Below, in pieces: positions 7,338-14,726 of a DNA stretch of 33,531 nucleotides. Position numbers and translations under genes: made by a program. The notes beneath the pieces were generated by a model. It saw only the letters and a list, made by a program, of their open reading frames with translations. It was not told where the DNA came from and searched no databases. The first letter of the stretch is position 1; each line of letters opens with the position of its first letter. Origin of the DNA: a virus (taxonomy: Duplodnaviria > Caudoviricetes); the IMG/VR virus record IMGVR_UViG_3300037461_000242, positions 1 to 33,531 of that record, one strand, 5' to 3'.

Positions 7338-7573
7338 CATCAGCGGAAGCTCTGGCTAGGGAATGCCGCTGGAGTAGCTGGGATGGTAACCCGGATCGGC
7401 TATCCAGGGAGGAGCGAGACGAGCTGTGCAAACTGCTGGGCGTCCAGAACCTGTGGAAGGTGAAGCACGGGGACCTCCAGGCGGGGGCAGACCTCCTGGC
7501 CGAGCATTACAACAAGGTGTGGCGCGAGGCGTTCAACGAGGCCCACCTGGAGGCGCGGAGGCGCAGGTCATGA
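7334..7573 (+). CDS. hypothetical protein
   Basis: GTGA overlap with previous gene. Confidence 0.55.
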   Translation: MTSAEALARECRWSSWDGNPDRLSREERDELCKLLGVQNLWKVKHGDLQAGADLLAEHYNKVWREAFNEAHLEARRRRS

Positions 7574-7917
7574 CCACCTGGACTGAGGAGATGCGAGCGG
7601 AGCTGTCCAACCTCTTCCACCTAGCGCACTGTGCGCTGGCGGGGACTTCCCCGGGCAGGTACGAGCGGAAGCTGTGGGCGTCCAAGAAGTTCAGCGAGGC
7701 CCACCCCGAGGTCAGCTCCACCGCTGCCTACAAGGAGCTGTGCAGGGAAGAGGCGTGGCGCTACGCTCTCACCCCTGACCCGGGGCCTCCGCCCGCCCCC
7801 AAGAGGAAGTGGAAGGACCGCTGCCTGGTGTGCCAGAGTCTAGGGAAGACCTACGATCCCGACGTATGCCAGATGGTGCCCTGCCCCTACTGCGACGGAA
7901 CAGGATACAAGTCATGA
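7570..7917 (+). CDS. hypothetical protein with C-terminal DnaJ-type CxxCxGxG zinc finger
   Basis: CLVCQSLG...CPYCDGTG; ATGA overlap. Confidence 0.65.
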   Translation: MTTWTEEMRAELSNLFHLAHCALAGTSPGRYERKLWASKKFSEAHPEVSSTAAYKELCREEAWRYALTPDPGPPPAPKRKWKDRCLVCQSLGKTYDPDVCQMVPCPYCDGTGYKS

Positions 7918-8189
7918 CCAAGCGGTTCATCATTGAGGAGCCCAACCTGATGACCCTGGGGCGCAAGGACGCCTTCGGAGGAGAGGTCGAGATCGACAAC
8001 GCGGTCTTCATGTACCTCGGGACCGCCCGCATCGTCTCGAAGCTCTCGGGTCTGATTCACCCCGACTCGAAGCTCCCTCCCTTCAGCGGCATGGAGGCTC
8101 TGGGCAACCTGGGGGTGGACGAGACTATGATCGCTCGCTTCTGCGCTTCGGGCTGTGACGAGGAATACTATGTCCGAAGAACAATGTGA
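7914..8189 (+). CDS. hypothetical protein
   Basis: ATGA overlap; MTKRFIIEEP... Confidence 0.6.
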   Translation: MTKRFIIEEPNLMTLGRKDAFGGEVEIDNAVFMYLGTARIVSKLSGLIHPDSKLPPFSGMEALGNLGVDETMIARFCASGCDEEYYVRRTM

Positions 8190-8394
8190 TCTACTTCAAG
8201 AGCAAGCTCTAGCCCTACTGCAAGATCTGTCGGGCGAACAACGAGGAGCTTTGGGGCACCTGCTGAACAACGCACTCACACCTATCGTGACCGAAGTGAG
8301 CTTCCCCCCACAAGAGTTGGACATCGACTCCTTGAGGCAGGCGGTGACCAAGCTGACGAAGCTGGTAAAGACGATCACCAGGTTCGGTCCCTGA
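8170..8394 (+). CDS. small helical protein resembling a stand-alone HisKA/DHp H-box
   Basis: GALGHLLNNALTPI resembles the H-box G[LI]AH[ED]xNNxLTxI; GAGGA SD. Confidence 0.5.
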   Translation: MSEEQCDLLQEQALALLQDLSGEQRGALGHLLNNALTPIVTEVSFPPQELDIDSLRQAVTKLTKLVKTITRFGP

Positions 8395-8533
8395 GCTTCC
8401 CCTTCGGATCCCGGGGCAACTTTACCACGTCGTAGCAGAGCTTCAGCTTCTTGCAGACCTCGCAGTAGGCGACCGCCCGCTGGATGGACTTGGGCCAGCC
8501 CTTCTTGCTCCGACAGTCCTCGCAGAACTTCAT
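8375..8533 (-). CDS. 52-aa zinc-finger-like protein (not in ORF track)
   Basis: MKFCEDCRSKKGWPKSIQRAVAYCEVCKKLKLCYD...; GAGG SD, directly after thyX. Confidence 0.55.
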   Translation of the reverse strand: MKFCEDCRSKKGWPKSIQRAVAYCEVCKKLKLCYDVVKLPRDPKGKLRDRTW

Positions 8534-8543
8534 GGGAGCCTCG

Positions 8544-9353
8544 CTAGATCTTGGGGTACTCGAACACCCATTCCCCAGCCTCGTTTTCCCTCATGTCGTA
8601 GAAGGCGTTGGGGTACTTCTCCTTCAGAAGTCTGGCGACCTGGTTGAAGACCATCCGGATCTCTTCCTCGGCGGTCTCAGCGGTCCGGAGGTTGATGGTG
8701 TGCCTCCAGGCGCGGAGGTTGCCCGTCGCCATGATAGTGGTCGCCAGCCCGATGGGGGCGAGCCTGCGGAACATGGAGGTGAGCTTCTTCTTCATGGTGA
8801 AGTTGGTCTGCTCGTCCACCCGGAACATGGCGTGGAGCTTCTTCTGGACCCCTGCCAAATAGTCCACGGTCTCCTCAAACAGCTCAGGAGCACCTGGGGT
8901 GTCCAGGACAAGCTTGGGCAGCCAGAAGCGGATCTGACCGCTCAGGCGCACGTAGCGGAGGCTCTCCTGGGAGTAGGCCCAGCCTGCCCGATGGCGGACC
9001 AGCTCGTGGGTGAAGACCCTGGACACGTCACGGAAGATGAAGGACACGGAAGCGTGCTCGAACAAGGCTCCGTGCTCCGACTTGATGACGTTCGCCAGGT
9101 AGGTTGGGTTCCCCTCCCTGACCTTGGTGACGTTCTCGTTCGTGGCCTCGGGCTTGTTCGGGTCCCATGGTGCCCAGGACCGATAGCACATCCTCCCGCC
9201 TGCCTCCAGGAGGGTCTCTGCATCGCTGACGCGGGGGTCAACGAACCAGTCGCTCTCCTCCAACCCTAGGTCCTTGATGTACTCCTGGAGTCCTCCTTCA
9301 TTCGATAGGGTCGTCGAAGCCACCAGGTATACCTTCGGCTCTACTCTCTTCAT
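8544..9353 (-). CDS. thyX: FAD-dependent thymidylate synthase ThyX
   Basis: GRMCYRS, HGALFEH, SRVFTHELVRHRAGWAYSQESLRY (RHRx7S), GNLRAW, EEEIR; GGAGGAG SD before ATG 9353. Confidence 0.96.
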   Translation of the reverse strand: MKRVEPKVYLVASTTLSNEGGLQEYIKDLGLEESDWFVDPRVSDAETLLEAGGRMCYRSWAPWDPNKPEATNENVTKVREGNPTYLANVIKSEHGALFEHASVSFIFRDVSRVFTHELVRHRAGWAYSQESLRYVRLSGQIRFWLPKLVLDTPGAPELFEETVDYLAGVQKKLHAMFRVDEQTNFTMKKKLTSMFRRLAPIGLATTIMATGNLRAWRHTINLRTAETAEEEIRMVFNQVARLLKEKYPNAFYDMRENEAGEWVFEYPKI

Positions 9354-9519
9354 CTTGCTCCTCCAATCGTAGTTCGTTGCAACGACAAGCGTAGCCTGGT
9401 TGCCCGCAGTCACAGATAGGGTCCGCCATGTCGTCATGCTCTGCGGCCCGGAGGTCCTCCTCCTTCCGGAGGGCACGTATCTCTTCGGAGGTGGGCCAGC
9501 GACTCTTCGTCCACGGCAT
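9298..9519 (-). CDS. small acidic protein with CDCG..CRC
   Basis: AGGAG SD; overlaps thyX start. Confidence 0.5.
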   Translation of the reverse strand: MPWTKSRWPTSEEIRALRKEEDLRAAEHDDMADPICDCGQPGYACRCNELRLEEQDEESRAEGIPGGFDDPIE

Positions 9520-9582
9520 CTCTTTCTCCTACGATCTACTACAGGATTCGGGGTAACATCTACACGGAAATCGACATGGTGA

Positions 9583-9611
9583 TTGACAACCAGAAGTCGC
9601 AAGATTAAGGT
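9583..9611 (+). promoter_or_regulatory. sigma70-like promoter for the NADAR gene
   Basis: TTGACA-17 nt-TAAGGT, lacking the repeated spacer motif. Confidence 0.5.
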
Positions 9612-9621
9612 AGTCTGCGCG

Positions 9622-10239
9622 ATGGCGATCTACTTCTATAAGAGAGACCGTGAGGAGTATGGGTGGTTGTCCAACTTCCACCGCGCTCCCTTCACCTTGG
9701 GGGGGATCTGCTACCAGTGCGTCGAGCATTGGTTTCAGAGCCAGAAGGCGATCACCCAGGACGAGCGGCTAGCCATCGCAGCGGCGGAGTCTCCCAAGGA
9801 GGCCAAGCAACTCGGGCGGGCCTGCAAGATGCGCAAGGACTGGGAGAACGTCAAAGAGCACGTGATGATGATCGGGCTCTCCGCCAAGTTTGAGCAGAAC
9901 CCAGAGCTGAAGCGCAAGCTCATGGAGACTGGGGAAGAAGCCCTGGTCGAGGACAGCCCCACCGACAACTTCTGGGGGAAGGGTCCAGACGGGGATGGAG
10001 ATAATCGTCTGGGCAAGCTCCTGGTGATGCTGCGATCCTACTACCGAGTCCAGTGTCATCTGGTCAACGTGTCCGTCTGGAAGGGGCTTGTACTCTGCAC
10101 CCCCTGGATCGCGGCGGGCAAACCTGTGGAGGAACCGTGTCAGACGCCAAGAAGTGGGACTACCCAAACTGCTACTTCTGCCACAAGATCATCGAGCCCG
10201 AGGAAGGGACGGCCATGGAAGGGCCGAAGGGGGAAGTAG
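9622..10239 (+). CDS. NADAR (YbiA-like) family protein
   Basis: YGWLSNF, VEHWFQSQK, AKQLGR, RKDWE, KFEQNPEL, LVEDSPTDNFWG, NRLGKLL. Confidence 0.92.
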   Translation: MAIYFYKRDREEYGWLSNFHRAPFTLGGICYQCVEHWFQSQKAITQDERLAIAAAESPKEAKQLGRACKMRKDWENVKEHVMMIGLSAKFEQNPELKRKLMETGEEALVEDSPTDNFWGKGPDGDGDNRLGKLLVMLRSYYRVQCHLVNVSVWKGLVLCTPWIAAGKPVEEPCQTPRSGTTQTATSATRSSSPRKGRPWKGRRGK

Positions 10240-10307
10240 TCTTCGCTCACTACTCCCACACGGGAGTCCCTACTCCTGAAGATGATGAAGAAGACCAGCA
10301 GCTTTGA
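10137..10307 (+). CDS. small protein with CxxC..H motif and acidic tail
   Basis: GTG after GGAGGA; overlaps the low-complexity C-terminal tail of the NADAR ORF. Confidence 0.5.
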   Translation: MSDAKKWDYPNCYFCHKIIEPEEGTAMEGPKGEVVFAHYSHTGVPTPEDDEEDQQL

Positions 10308-10572
10308 GAAGGTGCTCTCCCATAGCCGGGGGCAGCTCGTAGACGAAGTAGGCCAGGACCACCCTCCGCGTCATCTCAGTGTCGAGCCCCAGCCCATGAA
10401 TCATCTTGCTGAGAGCGGTGGCGGGTAGGTGCTGATCCCCGTTAAGGTAGATCCCCAGGTTCTTGATCTCTCCACAGCGATCTGACGCTTGCCGGTAGGT
10501 CAGCCCCAGATCCGCGATTCGTTTCTTGAGAAGTTGGGTTACTCGCTCTTGGGGAATAGGTGAGTCTGGCAA
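10270..10572 (-). CDS. XRE/Cro-like helix-turn-helix protein
   Basis: LKKRIADLGLTYRQASDRCG...YLNG...P...LSKMIHGLGLD. Confidence 0.7.
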   Translation of the reverse strand: MPDSPIPQERVTQLLKKRIADLGLTYRQASDRCGEIKNLGIYLNGDQHLPATALSKMIHGLGLDTEMTRRVVLAYFVYELPPAMGEHLLKAAGLLHHLQE

Positions 10573-10602
10573 CGGTTGGGCACTCCCGACTGTTTCTTGA
10601 TA

Positions 10603-12069
10603 CTAGACCTTGAAGAGGGCGGGCTTGACGAGGGCGTAGCGGGTGAGCTTGGCGCCCAGGCGACAGAGAGCGTCGTGGTACTCGGAGTCCAGGTGATCCA
10701 TGGACCCAATGTGAGAGTGCGCCAGCTCATGAATGAGAAGCCGATGGAACTCGTCGGTGTCCCCGCGCGCCACAGCCTCGAACCACTTGCGCCCGAGCCG
10801 ACCTAGGTTCCAGTGCAGTTCCCCGTTGGCACAGTAGCAGGCGCCGAAGTTGTTCCGGGTGTTGACGATCATCACCTCGGGCACGAAGCCATCCAGGAGC
10901 GCGGCAGCCAGGCGCTTCGTGTACTCCACCGTGATACGCTGGGCTTCCGTCCAGTCCTCCTCCGGGATGAACTCGGCGGGGTTGCCCGACTCGCTGTAGG
11001 GCTTGGGGCTCGGGGTCACCTGCCCCGCTGGCTTCGCGGCGGTGGTCCGCTTGACATTCTCCCACTCCCCCTTGCTCAGGCTCCCACCTTGGATGACGGT
11101 GTAGCCCTTGCTCACCGCCAGCTTGTTCGCCTCGGGGTCCGAGGGGTCGAAGACCACCCGCTTGGCGCCGAACCGGAGGTCGATGCCCCGGACCACCGCA
11201 GCGTCAGCCGCCCGCTTGTCCCCCAGGGCGTCGCGGACCCAGGTATCCGTAGCGTCCTCAGGCTCCAGGTCCTTGTACATCGCGTTGAGGACCGCGACCC
11301 GGACCGAGCGGAGGTAGCTCTCCGTGACCCCCGTGCGGTCCATGTTGAGTGGCACCTTCTGCCCGATGCTCACGTGCCACTTGTCCCCCGTCTCACAGAT
11401 CGGGATGCCCATCTCGTAGAGCATCGCGGGACCCTCTGCGCTGTAGACTTCCACCCGCGTCTTACGGATGGTCTTGGTGAGGTTTCCCTCCATGTCTACG
11501 CTGACGGTGGGAAGCGCCACCTCGAAGGTCTGGAGCGGGTGCCGTGGGGCCAGCTCCTTGCCGTTGAAGTAGGTCTTGATGTGTGGTGGGGGCAGGAGGT
11601 TGGCGCGGACTTCCTGGCAGACCTCAGCAACCTCATCCTTGGTCATGCGCAGGATACCCTCGAAGATAGACCCCTTCTCCGTCCGGTTACTGTAGTGCTT
11701 GCGCCCCTTCGGAGTGAAGACCACGTTCCCCTTGGTGGTCGAGATGCTGGCTTCCAGGCACAGAGCCAGGACCAGCTTCTCCCCGAAGTTGAAGCGCCCG
11801 CGCTGGGTGGGGTTGCCCTTCTTGGTGCTCTCCGCGAAGAGGGTGAAGGCGTGCGTCAGGTCGTGGAAGCCCTCGGGGGCGTCATCGCTCACGGTCAGGA
11901 CCGCGAGCCCTCGCTTGCCCACGACCAGCTCTGCGTCCACCCGCGTGACTCCGGGCTCATCCCAGGAGTTCTGGAGCAGCTCATAGAGCAAGAACGCCTT
12001 GCTCTTCTTCTCCAGGAGCTTCGCGAGCCCCTGGCGGTCCACATCGAACCAGTTGGCTGTCTTCGGCAT
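10603..12069 (-). CDS. GHKL-type ATPase fused to a C-terminal HExxH metallopeptidase-like domain
   Basis: ELLQNSWD, VSDDAPEGF, RGRFNFGEK, GSIF (Bergerat motifs); LLIHELAH...DH at the C-terminus. Confidence 0.8.
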   Translation of the reverse strand: MPKTANWFDVDRQGLAKLLEKKSKAFLLYELLQNSWDEPGVTRVDAELVVGKRGLAVLTVSDDAPEGFHDLTHAFTLFAESTKKGNPTQRGRFNFGEKLVLALCLEASISTTKGNVVFTPKGRKHYSNRTEKGSIFEGILRMTKDEVAEVCQEVRANLLPPPHIKTYFNGKELAPRHPLQTFEVALPTVSVDMEGNLTKTIRKTRVEVYSAEGPAMLYEMGIPICETGDKWHVSIGQKVPLNMDRTGVTESYLRSVRVAVLNAMYKDLEPEDATDTWVRDALGDKRAADAAVVRGIDLRFGAKRVVFDPSDPEANKLAVSKGYTVIQGGSLSKGEWENVKRTTAAKPAGQVTPSPKPYSESGNPAEFIPEEDWTEAQRITVEYTKRLAAALLDGFVPEVMIVNTRNNFGACYCANGELHWNLGRLGRKWFEAVARGDTDEFHRLLIHELAHSHIGSMDHLDSEYHDALCRLGAKLTRYALVKPALFKV

Positions 12070-12191
12070 CAGCTCTTCTCCTCAGTTGAAGGACGGGTGC
12101 TGCCCTTCGTCTCTGACAGCTCCCGGAGAACGCGATCTCGCTCCTCTGCGTCCTCCAGTTCCCCCGGCATCTCGGTCTCATGGTCGAACAT
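12069..12191 (-). CDS. 40-aa acidic peptide (not in ORF track)
   Basis: AGGAG SD; TGATG coupling to the GHKL gene. Confidence 0.45.
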   Translation of the reverse strand: MFDHETEMPGELEDAEERDRVLRELSETKGSTRPSTEEKS

Positions 12192-12205
12192 CGTGAACTC
12201 CTGAG

Positions 12206-12430
12206 CTAGAGGGCGATGCTCCAGACGATCTTGCCCCGGGAGTCCAGGACGCGCCCCTGGACGCTGACGTGCCCCTTGTTCTTGTCGTAGCCGTAGGTGT
12301 ACTGGTGGACCCCCATTTGCTGGAGGCGGGCCTGGGCAGCCTTCAGGGTGGCGAAGGCAGCCTTCTTGGTGGTGTTGAGGACCGGCAGGTTGAGGGCGCC
12401 ACCGTTGAGGCAGAGTTGAACGTAGAACAC
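12206..12430 (-). CDS. hypothetical protein
   Basis: GTG after GAAGGT; operon packing. Confidence 0.6.
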   Translation of the reverse strand: MFYVQLCLNGGALNLPVLNTTKKAAFATLKAAQARLQQMGVHQYTYGYDKNKGHVSVQGRVLDSRGKIVWSIAL

Positions 12431-12433
12431 GGG

Positions 12434-12694
12434 TTACCTTCTCACGAGTTCAGCAGCCAGGATGAAGACCAGGTGATCAAGCAGCCCCTTCTCGGGGTCC
12501 TGCGGGTTGCCGTCGAAGTCCACCGCCAGGTCGTAGTTCGTCTGGGCTACGATATCGAAGCTACCGCGCGCCGGGCAGCACAGGAACTCGATCTTCATGA
12601 ACTCGCCAGCACAGGCAGCCACGAGACGGTCCCGGGCTGCGTAGGCTTCGCTCTGGCTTCCGCAGTTCATCACCTTCACCAGCGTGGGTCCCAT
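12434..12694 (-). CDS. hypothetical protein
   Basis: TGATG coupling at 12694 (MGPTLVKV...). Confidence 0.6.
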   Translation of the reverse strand: MGPTLVKVMNCGSQSEAYAARDRLVAACAGEFMKIEFLCCPARGSFDIVAQTNYDLAVDFDGNPQDPEKGLLDHLVFILAAELVRR

Positions 12695-12972
12695 CAGGCT
12701 GCCTCTTCTTCCTTCTCCGCGCACTCGCGGGCGTACCGACTCAGGGCCTTGGAGTACCGCTCCAGCTTCTCCTCCAGGTAGTACAGCTCGGTCTCGATCC
12801 CGCTGGCGTCCATCTCCCCATCCATGTCAGCCAGTGAAGTGTCGGGATCCGCGTCCCTGGCGATGGCGTCCAGCTCCTCCAGAGCGTCCGTGAGCGTGGA
12901 CATCTCGCTCTGGACCGCCTCCATCGCATCCGACACCTTCTTGAGCATGGCCTTCTGATTTGGGGTCAACAT
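12694..12972 (-). CDS. acidic coiled-coil protein
   Basis: AAGGAG SD; first gene after promoter copy 5. Confidence 0.7.
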   Translation of the reverse strand: MLTPNQKAMLKKVSDAMEAVQSEMSTLTDALEELDAIARDADPDTSLADMDGEMDASGIETELYYLEEKLERYSKALSRYARECAEKEEEAA

Positions 12973-12996
12973 GTCTCGCTCCTTCATCGTAATTTG

Positions 12997-13025
12997 AATG
13001 TAGCACGTGTCCATCAACCTGTCAA
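12997..13025 (-). promoter_or_regulatory. early-type promoter, motif copy 5
   Basis: TTGACA-GGTTGATGGACACGTGC-TACATT. Confidence 0.8.
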
Positions 13026-13076
13026 TCTCTTTTCTTGACCCCCATACGTTTTTCTTCGGGGGTGCGTTTTTAGGGA

Positions 13077-13105
13077 TTGACAGGTTGATATACAGATGCT
13101 ACAGT
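13077..13105 (+). promoter_or_regulatory. early-type promoter, motif copy 6
   Basis: TTGACA-GGTTGATATACAGATGC-TACAGT. Confidence 0.8.
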
Positions 13106-13111
13106 CTAAGC

Positions 13112-13387
13112 ATGATGATCAAGCGCCCCGAGTGGCTGGACGAAATCAAGGCGGACGGGATCTCCACCCTGACCGCGCGCACCATCAACAGCTCGACCTC
13201 TTGCGCGTGCGCGGGGGTCATCGGTGGGAAGCCCGAGGGCAAGCTCACCGCTGTCACCATCAACGGGATGACTGCCTTCGTGTGGCTCACCCCGGACACG
13301 GACGGCAAGTACCGCTTCCCGTTCGAGGCAATCTACACGGTGTTCCCGAGCATCAAGCGTGGCTACTGCATCCACCCCGGTCGATAA
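13112..13387 (+). CDS. hypothetical protein, probably leaderless
   Basis: ATG 6 nt after the -10 box. Confidence 0.65.
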   Translation: MMIKRPEWLDEIKADGISTLTARTINSSTSCACAGVIGGKPEGKLTAVTINGMTAFVWLTPDTDGKYRFPFEAIYTVFPSIKRGYCIHPGR

Positions 13388-13398
13388 GGAGAAAACAG

Positions 13399-13644
13399 AT
13401 GGCAGACGCAACCTCCAGAGTGACCCTGACCTTCGACGTGCCCTTCATGGACCCCAGCTCCGAGAACTGCGCCAAGCTGAAGGCCATGCTGATGCACGCC
13501 ATGAACGACATGAGGGGCAACAACGGGCACCTGATGACCAGCGAAGAGTTCGCCCTGGCTCGTCTGGTCAGCAAGGGGTCCTACGTGAACGGGCAGAACG
13601 AGGATGAGCTGGAAGAGCTGGCGGAAGAGGCTGGGGTTCGCTGA
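13399..13644 (+). CDS. hypothetical protein
   Basis: TAAGGAG SD; MADATSRV... Confidence 0.65.
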   Translation: MADATSRVTLTFDVPFMDPSSENCAKLKAMLMHAMNDMRGNNGHLMTSEEFALARLVSKGSYVNGQNEDELEELAEEAGVR

Positions 13645-13671
13645 AAAACGTATGGGGGTCAAGAAAAGAGA

Positions 13672-13700
13672 TTGACAGGTTGATGGACACGTGCTACTGT
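13672..13700 (+). promoter_or_regulatory. early-type promoter, motif copy 7
   Basis: TTGACA-GGTTGATGGACACGTGC-TACTGT. Confidence 0.8.
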
Positions 13701-13724
13701 CTAAGCATGATGAAGGAGCGCTCG

Positions 13725-14279
13725 ATGGAAACCCTGACCGCCGCCAAGACCGTGTTCGTGAAGTTCCTCACCGAGATGTTCGGTGAGAACTCCACCACCT
13801 CGAAGACCCCCGTTGCCGTGCTCGGGGAGCGCGAGGTGGACATGAACGCCACCGTGACCTGCTGCCTCAACTCCGGCGATGACCGGCTCGTGCCGGTGAC
13901 CCGGTACGGGACCTGCGAGGTGGAGCTGCCCGAGTGGCTCTCCCCCGCCGAGTGGCTGCGGAACCAGGTGGCCTGGAAGTACGCCTGGGGCTTCGGTGTG
14001 GAGAAGACTTGGCCCGAGGCGTGGCAGCGGTTCGTGGCCTACGAGTGCTCGGGGCGCTCGACCCAGCGGCTCGCGGTGGTGAAGCTCCTGAGCACCAAGA
14101 GCTTCCGGTCTGCGTTCCGCGCGTCGCTGCGGAAGCAGCTTGAAGCGTGGCTGGCGACCCCGGCGGACGAGAGGAAGTACGGTAGCCCGTTCAGCGACAG
14201 GCAATGGGACTGCCTCTGCGAGGTTCACACGGCGCGTGAGGCTAGCCGCCTGGACAACCAGCTTTACTGGAACCGCTAG
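13725..14279 (+). CDS. Trp-rich hypothetical phage protein (alternative start 13707)
   Basis: AAGGAG SD; high GC3. Confidence 0.75.
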   Translation: METLTAAKTVFVKFLTEMFGENSTTSKTPVAVLGEREVDMNATVTCCLNSGDDRLVPVTRYGTCEVELPEWLSPAEWLRNQVAWKYAWGFGVEKTWPEAWQRFVAYECSGRSTQRLAVVKLLSTKSFRSAFRASLRKQLEAWLATPADERKYGSPFSDRQWDCLCEVHTAREASRLDNQLYWNR

Positions 14280-14290
14280 GGAGGTGACCT

Positions 14291-14599
14291 GTGTTCTCTG
14301 CGTTCCCCCTCACTCTCGAAACCATCCTCATCACCCTCGTGACAGGGGGCGTCTTCATGACCCCACGTCACAGCGCGGGTCCCCACACCCCCGCCGTCTC
14401 CGACGGCTACACCTGGGCGGTTCACAACCTCCAGGGGTCTCCGGTTGTGCTCGCTCACAACCCCTTCGATGCAGCTCTCTGGCTGCTCCGGTTGGAGACG
14501 GGCGAGATCGCCCTGTCAGATCGGGACGCCCCCGCCTGTCTCATGAGCGACGCTGAGATGGAAGAGTCCCACAAAGAGGAGCGCTTGCGCTACCTCTGA
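14291..14599 (+). CDS. hypothetical protein
   Basis: GTG after GGAGGT. Confidence 0.55.
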   Translation: MFSAFPLTLETILITLVTGGVFMTPRHSAGPHTPAVSDGYTWAVHNLQGSPVVLAHNPFDAALWLLRLETGEIALSDRDAPACLMSDAEMEESHKEERLRYL

Positions 14600-14605
14600 C
14601 CAATA

Positions 14606-14633
14606 ATCGTGTGGCTAAATTTAGCCACTCGAT
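14606..14633. promoter_or_regulatory. near-perfect 28-bp palindrome (operator or hairpin)
   Basis: GTGGCTAAATTTAGCCAC (14611-14628) is perfect, extended by ATCG/CGAT after one mismatch. Confidence 0.55.
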
Positions 14634-14665
14634 CATAGAAAATGCTCTGTGCCTGAAATAAAAGA

Positions 14666-14693
14666 TTGACGGGTTGATATACGGTGCTACAGT
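14666..14693 (+). promoter_or_regulatory. early-type promoter, motif copy 8 (16-nt spacer)
   Basis: TTGACG-GGTTGATATACGGTGC-TACAGT. Confidence 0.75.
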
Positions 14694-14726
14694 AGAGTTG
14701 TGGACAGCGAAAGAAAAGGAAACCCG

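Larger units (their letters stand above)
13000..13697. repeat. perfect 55-bp inverted repeat (13000-13054 / 13643-13697)
   Basis: GAAAAACGTATGGGGGTCAAGAAAAGAGATTGACAGGTTGATGGACACGTGCTAC present on opposite strands. Confidence 0.92.

Noticed and set aside
9354-9602. 83-aa N-terminal extension of ThyX
   Set aside because: A strong SD precedes ATG 9353, and the region holds another SD-led ORF and the divergent promoter
10813-12204. 463-aa plus-strand ORF, and similar ones at 1215..2123, 30128..31786 and 31683..32519
   Set aside because: Antisense shadows of high-GC3 genes with recognisable motifs on the other strand
301-14693. CRISPR array or IS ends made of the ~30-bp repeats
   Set aside because: Copies are dispersed on both strands with -35/-10 structure; no regular spacers, cas gene or transposase
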